From: a virus
Lineage: Duplodnaviria; Caudoviricetes
Virus record (IMG/VR): IMGVR_UViG_3300037722_000745
Span: 259,175 to 323,174 of that record
Length of the DNA: 64,000 bases
Strand: one strand, 5' to 3'
Every line of letters begins with the position of its first letter. The first letter of the stretch is position 1. Shown here piece by piece: positions 29,969 through 38,785 of the stretch. The notes beneath the pieces are model-generated. The model was not told the origin of the DNA and searched no databases. It saw only the letters and a program-made list of their open reading frames with translations. Position numbers and translations under genes: made by a program.

Positions 29969-30463
29969 GTGACCGTGGACGCGGGGATCGCGTTCGTGGA
30001 AAGCGAGACCGCGATGGTGGACGGCGAGATCGCGTACGCCGCGTGCCTCAACGTGGGCTCCGATCTGGTTAAGCGGGTGCTTCTTGGGATCACGCCCAAG
30101 AGGGGTTCGTCGGAGGGCTGTGAAGATCTGTACGGCCCCGTGAACGTCTTGAGTCCGGCGAAGCCCGTTCAGATCACAGACGGGATCTTGATCTACCGCG
30201 AGATTAAAGGGGTACCACTAATTCTCGCGGAATACGACACCGACGGGTCAGGGGATAGCGAGCAAGACAAGGATCTCGTTCGACACCTCGCCTACAAGTT
30301 CATCGAGCAAGAAGGTCTGGGGCGCCAGGTCTGCCTCGTCCCTAGGGCTCGGCACGAGCAGGACCGAGTGTTCGTCTATCGAGCAACCCTGCACATGCGG
30401 GGACACCGATTCCAAGGTGACCGTCGCGGAGCCGGATTAGTTCACTTCCTCGGCGGCGTCTAG
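29969..30463 (+). CDS. Hypothetical protein
   Basis: In frame with the IS fragment; start uncertain. Confidence 0.55.
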   Translation: MTVDAGIAFVESETAMVDGEIAYAACLNVGSDLVKRVLLGITPKRGSSEGCEDLYGPVNVLSPAKPVQITDGILIYREIKGVPLILAEYDTDGSGDSEQDKDLVRHLAYKFIEQEGLGRQVCLVPRARHEQDRVFVYRATLHMRGHRFQGDRRGAGLVHFLGGV

Positions 30464-30482
30464 GCCCGGTGTAGTTCCGAGG

Positions 30483-30902
30483 GTGGCTGACGAGAGCACC
30501 CCCAAAGGCATTCATCGCGCTCGCCTGGACGAGCTTCGACCCCTCGTGGATCAAACTCCCGAGGGGCACGTTGCCCGCCTGCTACTGGCGATAATCGATG
30601 AAGAGATCGCAGAGTGGCAGGCCCATAGCCGGAAGAAGACGCTCGCCTTGATCCGCCAGCAGGGGCGTACCGACGACGAGGCGGAACAGATTGTAGCTGC
30701 CTACGAGGCCGGTGCTCCCATCGAGATGGAAGAGGTGAAGTGTTGGGTCTGTGAGGGCTGGGGCTTCGTTCAGAAACCCGGTTGTATGGGCTCCGATTCC
30801 GGTGACTGTCCGCAGTGCCATGGCCACCAGCGGGCCTCACGGTTCAAGATGCCGGAATCGGAGCCTCGGGAACCCCAACTGAAACTAGACGGTGTGGAGT
30901 AG
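30483..30902 (+). CDS. Hypothetical protein with DnaJ-type zinc finger
   Basis: CWVCEGWG...CPQCHG; CCGGTGTAG 7 nt before GTG. Confidence 0.7.
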   Translation: MADESTPKGIHRARLDELRPLVDQTPEGHVARLLLAIIDEEIAEWQAHSRKKTLALIRQQGRTDDEAEQIVAAYEAGAPIEMEEVKCWVCEGWGFVQKPGCMGSDSGDCPQCHGHQRASRFKMPESEPREPQLKLDGVE

Positions 30903-31368
30903 ATGCCTATAACAAAAGCCTTCGTTCAGCGAGGCGACCACGGCGAGATCATGGGCGAGCCCTCGTACGTGTTCTGGAACGGAGCACGGTTGCTAGGGCT
31001 CGACATCGAGTTTTTCGAGATCCCGCACCGCGGGCTTCAAGGATGACTTCGAGATCCTGGCCTCTGAAGTCACCTACTTCAGCACAGAGTACCGCCTGTT
31101 CGTTCACGAGGGTAGGATCCTGGATGCTCGGCTCTACCGCGGGGACTATCGCAAGACGCTGGATTGGTCGGTCGCCGACACCATCATTGAGGCATACGAA
31201 GACGCCCCGGTGGCCTACTCACTGGATCTGGGCTTGGCCGAAGACGGTCGAACTCTCATCGTCGAGATCAACGACTGCTTCTCGCTCGGGACCTACGGCT
31301 TCCCTGCTTTGCCCTACGCCCAGATGGTGGTGGACCGCTGGTCTGAGATTGTGGGCCTGGAGGACTAG
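30903..31368 (+). pseudogene. ATP-grasp (DUF4343/R2K-like) gene, internally deleted and frameshifted
   Basis: 30903-31046 N-part; other frame encodes SEVTYFSTEYRLFV...YSLDLG...VEINDCFSLGTYG...DRW to 31368. Confidence 0.7.
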
Positions 31369-31561
31369 GGCAGGTGCACGGGTCGCAGATCGGGTACACG
31401 TCACGCTTGTACTCGCACGGGATGCCGACCGGAGTCGTTGCTGCCAAGCGGAACGGACAGCCTTCCAGGTGCCGGGTCTGAATCTCGCAGATGCAGGCGA
31501 AGTGCTGGCATTTCTTGCAGCCAAGAGGCTGGTCTAAGTCTTCAACGGTGACCGGCATCAC
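31268..31561 (-). CDS. Cys-rich small protein
   Basis: CKKC...CIC...ICDPCTC; GTGA overlap with upstream gene. Confidence 0.5.
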   Translation of the reverse strand: MMPVTVEDLDQPLGCKKCQHFACICEIQTRHLEGCPFRLAATTPVGIPCEYKRDVYPICDPCTCPSPPGPQSQTSGPPPSGRRAKQGSRRSRARSSR

Positions 31562-31737
31562 GTCCTGTCATAGATCGCTTCGAGCTTTTCGAGCTGCTTC
31601 GGGCTCAAGGTCGTGCCAGCCTTGAGCTTCGCCCCGATGTCGATCACAAACTTCTCCTCCCACTCGTCCAGCTCGAATTCATCGTCGAGTCGAAGGCAGG
31701 TGTCGATCGCTTCGAGCATGTCGGCAGGTGAGGCCAT
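31558..31737 (-). CDS. 59-aa hypothetical protein (below track cutoff)
   Basis: MASPADMLEAIDTCL...WEEKFVIDI...LSPKQLEKLEAIYDRT; GGTGTA motif 7 nt upstream. Confidence 0.7.
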   Translation of the reverse strand: MASPADMLEAIDTCLRLDDEFELDEWEEKFVIDIGAKLKAGTTLSPKQLEKLEAIYDRT

Positions 31738-31754
31738 GGGTGTAGATACACCGC

Positions 31755-32171
31755 ATGCACCCCTGCCGATTCAAAATCAAACCCTTCGAGGACGGGACTG
31801 CCGAAGTCACCGCGGTTGTCCCGCTGCCCCATGCTCAACCCTGTGACACAGAAGGCCCCGAAGCCATCAAGCAGTTGACCGCGTGGGTGTGCTCCTACGT
31901 CGTCGGTATCGCCTACGTTCAGGGCCGCGGCATCCAGGAACTCATGCAAGAGATCATGGCGACCGCCATCGCCCAGGTCGATCAGAACGTCCAAGTCGAG
32001 GCCATCCTCCAGAAGGTGTTCTTGGGGTCCTTCGCGCCTCGGGACCTCGAAGAGAACCCGCCCGAGGGTTTGGACTCTAAAACGACCCGGGTTCTCGTTC
32101 AAAAACTGTTGGATCAAGGTACCTTAGCTCTAGACGAAGATCTCAAGCTCTACGTCCACAGCTCCCATTGA
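31755..32171 (+). CDS. Hypothetical protein
   Basis: GGTGTAGA 8 nt before ATG. Confidence 0.7.
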   Translation: MHPCRFKIKPFEDGTAEVTAVVPLPHAQPCDTEGPEAIKQLTAWVCSYVVGIAYVQGRGIQELMQEIMATAIAQVDQNVQVEAILQKVFLGSFAPRDLEENPPEGLDSKTTRVLVQKLLDQGTLALDEDLKLYVHSSH

Positions 32172-32249
32172 AGGGATGGCATCCGGTGTAATATTCGATT
32201 TCGTTTTTAGGTTTCGTGGCGGCTCGTTGTAATACGGATTGAGGACGCT

Positions 32250-32420
32250 ATGAAGAACGCAAACCAGGCAATCAAGGCCCAGCGTGGGGCCGGCATCGAC
32301 ATCTGGGAGTCCCGCTACGTCTGCGGCGGCCGGTCGATGAAGCGCGATGGCAAGCGCACCGCGAAGCGGGCGCAGCGTCGTCTCAACAAGGCACTCATCA
32401 GCGAACAGCGGGCCGGCTGA
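32250..32420 (+). CDS. 56-aa basic protein (below track cutoff)
   Basis: Class A motif plus gagga RBS; MKNANQ...KRTAKRAQRRLNK. Confidence 0.65.
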   Translation: MKNANQAIKAQRGAGIDIWESRYVCGGRSMKRDGKRTAKRAQRRLNKALISEQRAG

Positions 32421-32573
32421 TAAAAACGTACGGACTCATACACGCCTGGATGCTCGACCTCCGCCAACTCCGAATACAACCCACATCCGAGCCGGAAAGC
32501 AGAAGCAGGATCACCCTTGCGAGGACTGTGAGCGCGAGAGGACTCTACACGTCTGGCTGAGGAGACTTCGACG

Positions 32574-32837
32574 ATGGACAACAGGGACTACAACATCCGA
32601 AAAGGCGTTCGGGTTCGGGCCTGCTGGTACGACGCCAACTTCAACGCTTCCCTAGCTGGCGTCCAGATGAAGGCGTCGGCCACTAGGCGGGAAGTCGTTG
32701 GAGTCGTCACCCATGTGTACGGCGATCATCCCACCCGTCCTACGGAAGTTTGGCTCAGCATCCAACCGGACGACGGTGGGCCTGAAGTCGAGAACGTGCC
32801 CTGCAACGCCCGCACGATCGAGATCCTGGTGGAGTAA
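32574..32837 (+). CDS. Hypothetical protein
   Basis: 87 aa ORF with codon bias. Confidence 0.6.
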   Translation: MDNRDYNIRKGVRVRACWYDANFNASLAGVQMKASATRREVVGVVTHVYGDHPTRPTEVWLSIQPDDGGPEVENVPCNARTIEILVE

Positions 32838-32891
32838 GGTTTAGGACCGCACAGTGTACGCCCATGGGCTGCTCGGGCCGGAGTTCGCGAT

Positions 32892-33035
32892 CTAGTCTAT
32901 CTCTTCAGCAGCATCCGCCATTGCCGCTATCTCCCGGGCCACTTCTTCCTGAGTCTGTTCAGACTCGGGGTTGAGGCTTAGCCAATCCGCGGCCTCATCC
33001 ATACATTCAGTCCAGGGTGTCTGTTCGATGTCCAT
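32892..33035 (-). CDS. Small acidic protein
   Basis: Class A motif 33067-33096; GGAGG before ATG 33035. Confidence 0.55.
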   Translation of the reverse strand: MDIEQTPWTECMDEAADWLSLNPESEQTQEEVAREIAAMADAAEEID

Positions 33036-33085
33036 GCTGTGTCCTCCGTCCATGCCTTTCACTATTATTACAACCGACCTCAGGA

Positions 33086-33271
33086 CTAAATTAAAACCTT
33101 TTCCGCCAGGCAGCTCCAAAGGGTCCCCTCCGAAGGGCGTGCTGGCCGGGAGGGCTCCAGCTCTTGGTCTTGTTGGAACGCTTTGGCTTTATGCCGCCAA
33201 CGCGCCTCCAAGGCACGACTGTATTCGGCCACCTTCCGGGCGAGATCAGCTTCATATTCACTACGGGACAC
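33086..33271 (-). CDS. Small hypothetical protein
   Basis: 61 aa; ends GTLWSCLAEKVLI. Confidence 0.5.
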   Translation of the reverse strand: MSRSEYEADLARKVAEYSRALEARWRHKAKAFQQDQELEPSRPARPSEGTLWSCLAEKVLI

Positions 33272-33290
33272 CAGGGGAGCTACACCGCGA

Positions 33291-33566
33291 CTAGCGGCGC
33301 TTCGAGTTCGAGCTGACTAGCCGGTACTTGAAACTGTAGCTCGGGCGTCGGTGCACCCGACTCTTGAATCGATCTACGACGCGCACGTACTCGACCCGAC
33401 GCAGCTTCAGAAGCTGACGCAGCTCTCCCTTGAAGCGTCGTTCGAGGCACGGCCGTTCCCAGAAGCTCAATTCGGCTTTCCGTACCGATTCGAGAAGGGA
33501 TTCTCTCGCTAGCGGCCGGCCCCGAGATAGCTCCTGTAGGATTGCGTCTCGAATACTGAGGGCCAT
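33291..33566 (-). CDS. Basic, possibly winged-helix protein
   Basis: MALSIRDAILQELSRG... Confidence 0.55.
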   Translation of the reverse strand: MALSIRDAILQELSRGRPLARESLLESVRKAELSFWERPCLERRFKGELRQLLKLRRVEYVRVVDRFKSRVHRRPSYSFKYRLVSSNSKRR

Positions 33567-33603
33567 ACCGTACTCTAGAACCTGACCGTTCCTGATCGTG
33601 AGA

Positions 33604-34797
33604 TCAGGCGGCACAGGGCTTACCTAGTTCCTGCTTCCACGAGGACAGCCAGGCCGCTGTGGCACCTGGACTTACATTCTCTCCACAGGCTGTCACCGAG
33701 GTACTCTCGGCCAACATCTTCAGATTCTTGGCAGCGTTGTGATCACGGTCATGCTCTACACCGCAATCCTGACACTGCCAATTACGCTCGGACAGCTCAA
33801 GATGCGGCTTGATGCAGCCGCACTCGGAACACGTCTTAGAGCTAGGGAACCAGCGGTCTGCTACCACGACTTGAGAGCCGTTCAAGGCAGCCTTGTATTC
33901 AAGCTGCCTTCTAAACTCGTGCATCCCGACATCCGAGATAGCACGACTCAACTTCCGATTCTTGACCATGCCACGGATCATGAGATCCTCGATCCCAATT
34001 CTGGTGAAGTTTCGAGCCAAGAACGTGGTGGCCTTGTGCAGCGCATCCTTACGGATGCAACCGATCCGGTAGTGCAATCTCACCAGTTTCGCACGCGCCT
34101 TCCTACGGTTTGCGGAACCTTTCCGCTTTCTTGAGAGTGCCTGTGAGAGGCGTTTCAACTTCTTGAGATTTGACCTCAGCGCTTTGGGGTTCTCGAACAC
34201 CGTGCCGTCACTCAAGACCGCCAGACTCTTGATCCCAAGATCCACACCTACCGCCGCTTGGTTTTCGCGGACAGGCACGGTGTGATCAATCTCGATTGAG
34301 AAGCTGGCAAACCACTTGTGAGCAACACGACTAACTACTACGGAAAGAATGCGACCCCGTAGCCGCAGCTCTTCCTTCAATCTAATTCTGCCAATCTTGG
34401 GCAACGTGACCCAAGAACCGTTCACCTCTACGGCGTGGCTCAGCTTATCCACTGGGCCGTTGTCGGCCCTGAAGCTATCGTGCTGACCCTTCTTCTTGAA
34501 CCTTGGGTACTTGCCCTGCTTCTTGAAAAACCGCTTAAACGCCGAACCCTAGTTCTTAATGCCTTGTTGTGGGGCGCACTTTGTAACTTCGGTCATCCAG
34601 GGGAATTGATCGGCCTTGAGCGAGTTGAGTTGGCGACGCAGGGCCACTTCCGAGGGCTTCTCGCCTGCCTCGTACTGGCGTTGCCATTCGGCCAAAGCCC
34701 AATTGAAGCTGAATCTGGCAACGCCACAAGCACGGGCAAAATACCGGGCTTGGGCAACCGTAGGATCTAACTCAATCTTGTGGGCGAGTTGGATCAC
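33604..34797 (-). pseudogene. tnpB: TnpB RNA-guided nuclease interrupted by one in-frame TAG
   Basis: GIKN*GSAFKRFF, TAG at 34549-34551; VDLG, IEDL, DRDHNAA and CxxC pairs intact. Confidence 0.9.
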
Positions 34798-35405
34798 GCT
34801 GCTGCCTTCTTGCGTCGGTCGGCCGATCTACAGCCGTAAACTTTAGCCGAAAAACTAGCGATCAGACTCATCATGTCCTCTACGATCTCGGCTTCGTAGG
34901 ACTTAGGAAGCACGTCCTGCATCCACTCTACGTGGACGCCGTGACTGTTAAGAAACCGAGTCAAGATGGCCGCGTTGAACCTAATGAACCTATCCTTGTG
35001 CTCGACCACGACACGGGTAATTTCACCAGCGACGGCTAGGTCAAAAAGCTTGTGCAGCTTGGGTCGGTTGTCATTCATACTCGAGCCCACTTCTTCAAAT
35101 ACATGAGTGACGGCGTAGCCCCGTTCTACGCAGTGCTGAAAGACGCGGCCTTTCTGCCGTTCCAAGTCACCTTTAGTTTTCTGCTCGTTGCTTGAAACGC
35201 GGCAATACACAGCGACCGCCTCAACTTTGGGTGAAGTCTTCTGAACCACGCCTTGAAAGCGCTCAATATCCTCAAGGCGGTACCGACGCTTGCCCCCTGG
35301 GGTGCGGACGGCAGTGAACTTGCCTTCGCGATCCCAACGGCGAAGCGTTGAAATGCCGCAGCCTAGAAGCTCAGCGGCTTTCTTGATCGAGACCAAGCCA
35401 GTCAT
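34794..35405 (-). CDS. tnpA: IS607 serine-recombinase transposase
   Basis: MerR-like HTH (TLRRWD) plus YCRVSS catalytic motif. Confidence 0.92.
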   Translation of the reverse strand: MTGLVSIKKAAELLGCGISTLRRWDREGKFTAVRTPGGKRRYRLEDIERFQGVVQKTSPKVEAVAVYCRVSSNEQKTKGDLERQKGRVFQHCVERGYAVTHVFEEVGSSMNDNRPKLHKLFDLAVAGEITRVVVEHKDRFIRFNAAILTRFLNSHGVHVEWMQDVLPKSYEAEIVEDMMSLIASFSAKVYGCRSADRRKKAAA

Positions 35406-35535
35406 CAGCCTGAAGTCTCTCGGCTACCATGTCGTAGATCCGCTGGAACTCTTGCGGGGTCGGCACCGCGTCCAGCTCGAATTCCTGCGCAGTCACCCGC
35501 ACTACCTTCGCAGGATGCATGTCTACGTGTCCCAT
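35371..35535 (-). CDS. 54-aa ORF overlapping tnpA start
   Basis: MGHVDMHPAKVVRVTAQEFELDAVPTPQEFQRIYD...; CCGGTGTAC 9 nt upstream. Confidence 0.5.
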   Translation of the reverse strand: MGHVDMHPAKVVRVTAQEFELDAVPTPQEFQRIYDMVAERLQADDWLGLDQESR

Positions 35536-35597
35536 AAGCACTTGCGTACACCGGCCCTCTGGCTGGCCTGGATAGATTCGGTCAGCACTAGAGAGGT

Positions 35598-35828
35598 TTG
35601 ATAAGGACTTTCACGAACTGCCCCTCACCCCACAGCGAAGTCTCGGACTTCCTGGATGAGATCGCGGAGTTCCTCTACATCCACGGGGCTCTCAACTTCC
35701 TGAGCTACCTGTGGGTGCCTTCTGATGGTTGTGTAGGGCAATCCGAGGAGTTTGGTAAACACGGCATGTTCCACACAGCGCTCGCCGAGATCGCGGAGCG
35801 TTTGAAACTCAAGCGAGAAGAGGACTAG
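35598..35828 (+). CDS. Hypothetical protein
   Basis: 76 aa ORF. Confidence 0.45.
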   Translation: MIRTFTNCPSPHSEVSDFLDEIAEFLYIHGALNFLSYLWVPSDGCVGQSEEFGKHGMFHTALAEIAERLKLKREED

Positions 35829-35871
35829 ACCCCTAGTCCTCTGTTGCGACCTCTACTTAGGGAGGCCCGCG

Positions 35872-36213
35872 ATGAATTATTACGGAGCCAGGCAGAAGGC
35901 AGACAAGCGGTGGGACTACACGTGCATGAACGACGGGAAGATCTGGCCCGTCGGCTATTGCTACGACGCGGGCGGCAGCCACCACGACACCAAAGAAGAA
36001 GCCGAGGAATGCTACCGGAAGTACCTGCTGGATAATCGACTCCAGCTCAAGGGTAAACTCGCAGACCAACAGCACCGGTGTCAGATCTGCCAAGAGTACA
36101 CCGATCGCTATGCCTCGGTAGACCACATGACGTACCCACTCTGTGACAAACATCGCAATCGCGAACAGGTTGAGCAGCTGTTTGGTCTGGTAGGAGAAAT
36201 TATCTCGTCCTAG
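35872..36213 (+). CDS. Cys/His-containing hypothetical protein
   Basis: ggagg RBS; CQIC...CDKH. Confidence 0.7.
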   Translation: MNYYGARQKADKRWDYTCMNDGKIWPVGYCYDAGGSHHDTKEEAEECYRKYLLDNRLQLKGKLADQQHRCQICQEYTDRYASVDHMTYPLCDKHRNREQVEQLFGLVGEIISS

Positions 36214-36231
36214 CGGCTTAGCTGGTGTAGA

Positions 36232-36480
36232 GTGGATCCACGTGCCTAGCTCGGCACACTCGGGGATGCCCTGGATGGCCCAAGGACCACAGGTTACAGG
36301 CGCTAGGGGTACCTCGGACGACCCGGTTATGAGTCGGGGAGCTAGCCTCTGCCAAGGCGAACACAACCGGCTGTTGTGGCGGCGAACAGCAACCGTGGAT
36401 CGGGGGTTTGACTGTCTCGGGCGTGGATCCACCGCGACCCAAGGCTAGCCCCACCCCGGGGCGAAATACCGGGGTTTGTT
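36232..36480 (+). ncRNA. Candidate structured non-coding RNA
   Basis: TGGTGTAGA upstream, several stems, terminal ccccgg/ccgggg hairpin plus T-run; no convincing ORF. Confidence 0.3.
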
Positions 36481-36514
36481 TTTAGGTTTCGGCCCGCTCG
36501 GCTGTAGTACGAGC

Positions 36515-36841
36515 ATGGAAATCCGGATCCGCGAACACTACCTCAAGGGCCCGCAGAAGATCCGCCAGCGGATCGAACCCTGTCGCTGTGGCTGCAAGGG
36601 CCGCGACAGTCAGCACACCGTCTTCACCCGGCGGGTGGTCCGCTCCATCGAGCGCCTGGACCCACCGCAGCCCCACCCGTTGGCCGCCACCGACCGCCGC
36701 TGGGAGGGCACCTACATCCTTGCTCGGGGCGTCTACAAGCACCCCCAAGGCGAGCGTCCGTGTGTGCTGTGGGGTATCGCCCTTGAGGACAGCACCGTGA
36801 TCGCCGCCGGAGGGTGGCGGCTGCCGGAGCTTCTCCGCTAG
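36515..36841 (+). CDS. Hypothetical protein
   Basis: TTTTAG-N17-TGTAGT 6 nt before ATG. Confidence 0.7.
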   Translation: MEIRIREHYLKGPQKIRQRIEPCRCGCKGRDSQHTVFTRRVVRSIERLDPPQPHPLAATDRRWEGTYILARGVYKHPQGERPCVLWGIALEDSTVIAAGGWRLPELLR

Positions 36842-36857
36842 TTTAGGGAACAAAGCC

Positions 36858-37463
36858 GTGTCACTGAAGGAAGCCCACAGGGACGCCCGTAAGCGCCGCA
36901 AGACCCCAACCGTTTACCAGGGGGTCGACTTAGAAGCCGAGGCTTGGCGGTACTGCCAGGCCCTGGGATTCGTCCGTAATGTCGAACTTAGCGTCAAGCA
37001 CAGCTCCACCTACGACACCCGCGGCGTGCAGTGGGCGATGGTGACTACGCTCACCATCGGGTACAAGGCTAGCCTTGCTCAAGTGCTGCAGACACTTCTA
37101 CACGAAGTGTGTCACGTCCTACACATGAACCACTCGGAGGACTTTATCCAGCTCGTGGCCGAGACTGCCGAGAAGGTGTGGGGTATCGACGCCACCGGCT
37201 GGCAAGACGTGGAACAAGGGCACGAGGAGTGTCGGGCCTACGTTGTAGACGCCTTCTTGGAGCAGAAGCTCGAGATGGCGTTGGATCAAACACCGGACTT
37301 AATCCACCTCCTACAGGCCGTCAGTCGCCCTCAGATCACCATGAAGACCCACAAGACACCAGATCAGATCGAAGCTGCGTTGGTGGACAAAGGCGCTCAG
37401 ATCGACGGCCGCTACACGGACGAGGAAGGCAACATCGTACTCCAGTGGAGTTTGAAGCTGTAA
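36858..37463 (+). CDS. HExxH metallopeptidase-like (SprT/YgjP/WLM-type) protein
   Basis: LLHEVCHVLHMNHSEDF. Confidence 0.7.
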   Translation: MSLKEAHRDARKRRKTPTVYQGVDLEAEAWRYCQALGFVRNVELSVKHSSTYDTRGVQWAMVTTLTIGYKASLAQVLQTLLHEVCHVLHMNHSEDFIQLVAETAEKVWGIDATGWQDVEQGHEECRAYVVDAFLEQKLEMALDQTPDLIHLLQAVSRPQITMKTHKTPDQIEAALVDKGAQIDGRYTDEEGNIVLQWSLKL

Positions 37464-37521
37464 AAGCAAGGGCTTCTCAAAAACTTTTAGGATAATCGGA
37501 TCCACAGCTGTACTTATAAGC

Positions 37522-37830
37522 ATGGGCAAACCGCTCCCGCCAACCCGATTCATCGGTATTCTGAAGCGCCACGTGGGTCTCGAGCCAATCACGTACGACT
37601 TCCACCCGGACACGGAAACCCCACACTTGTTCACATTCCAGATCGCCGGGCTCCAGGCTTTCTCACGGTTCAAGTGTGGGGTTTCCGTGTCCGGGTGGAA
37701 CAGGATCCCCAGGAGCTTCTCCATCAACGCCGCGGACCTCCGTGTGCTCATGGACCAGCACGGCCTGCTTAGGGTGCAGTCAAACGAGCCCAACCAGATC
37801 ACCCTCTACTTCGGAGCCCAAGATGTTTGA
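37522..37830 (+). CDS. Hypothetical protein
   Basis: TTTTAG-N18-TGTACT 7 nt before ATG. Confidence 0.7.
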   Translation: MGKPLPPTRFIGILKRHVGLEPITYDFHPDTETPHLFTFQIAGLQAFSRFKCGVSVSGWNRIPRSFSINAADLRVLMDQHGLLRVQSNEPNQITLYFGAQDV

Positions 37831-38215
37831 CCGAGTCGACGAACAACGCATGGTTGCCGTCATCGAGTGGACGAACGACGACGATAAAGAGATCGAGACC
37901 GAGTTCCCAGTCAAGTTCGAGGTCTGCGATCGCTGCCACGGCAAGGGGAGGCACTGCAACCCTGCCATCGACGGTAACGGCTTGACCCGTGAAGATTTCG
38001 AGCGGGACCCCGACTTCGAGGAATCCTACTTTGCAGGCGTCTACGACGTGCCCTGTGAGGAATGTCACGGTCGTCGCGTTATGGCGGTTCCTGCCGTCAA
38101 GGATGAGGACTTCACGTCCGAGCAAAAGGCCGCCGTGGAGTTTGTGTACGAGAGGGCTTGCGGGCGGGCAGAGGACGCCCGCACCATGAGGATGGAGTCT
38201 GGAGGTTGGGTATGA
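37823..38215 (+). CDS. DnaJ-type zinc-finger protein
   Basis: CDRCHGKG...CEECHG. Confidence 0.7.
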   Translation: MFDRVDEQRMVAVIEWTNDDDKEIETEFPVKFEVCDRCHGKGRHCNPAIDGNGLTREDFERDPDFEESYFAGVYDVPCEECHGRRVMAVPAVKDEDFTSEQKAAVEFVYERACGRAEDARTMRMESGGWV

Positions 38216-38610
38216 CGATGTACCGCGTGCGTAGTATCAAGCCGGTCGAGTCGAAATGGATCGCAATCGACTATGATGGTACTGCATGGGAAGCTGCCAA
38301 TCAGGTTCATTGCGACCACGATGGCGAGGGCATCAAGTCACTCGTAACCCACCGACTGACCGATGATGGTGGTTATGAGTTAGTCAAGTTTGCTTGCATG
38401 GAGGTCGAGGGTTACGGCGACGACGGCGAACCCATATCGCGGATCTTCGAGACGGGGATCTGGCGGAAGGACTTACGCAAATCCGAGCCTAAGTTGAGGG
38501 AGATTGCCGTTCAGCTTGGGTGGGAGCGCGACCCTGACGAACTGCTTGCGGACTGGGGCGGTGAAGAATCCTACGAGTCCGCCCTCGAACGACGCCAGGA
38601 TCGTGGATGA
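38212..38610 (+). CDS. Hypothetical protein
   Basis: ATGA overlap; ggagg RBS. Confidence 0.65.
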   Translation: MTMYRVRSIKPVESKWIAIDYDGTAWEAANQVHCDHDGEGIKSLVTHRLTDDGGYELVKFACMEVEGYGDDGEPISRIFETGIWRKDLRKSEPKLREIAVQLGWERDPDELLADWGGEESYESALERRQDRG

Positions 38611-38785
38611 GGTCGAGCGATAGCGGAAGGACGACTCCCCGGCTTTGGCACCAGCGACGTGACAGCATAGAAAGACCCATTGAGTCTGCGGCCAAGAGCT
38701 GTACTACACGTTCACAGAGAGCGCAAGGGCGCTCCGCCGTCGTAACAGAATATCACCTTCATCAAGAGTGGGACCTTGCCTGCTG

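Larger units (their letters stand above)
33586..35560 (-). mobile_element. IS607-family element
   Basis: tnpA-tnpB overlapping operon; right end inferred at ...caggaacGG (33586); left end not resolved. Confidence 0.8.

Noticed and set aside
34549-34551. Genome-wide TAG stop-codon reassignment
   Set aside because: Many intact genes end in TAG, and Leu rather than Gln is expected at this site.
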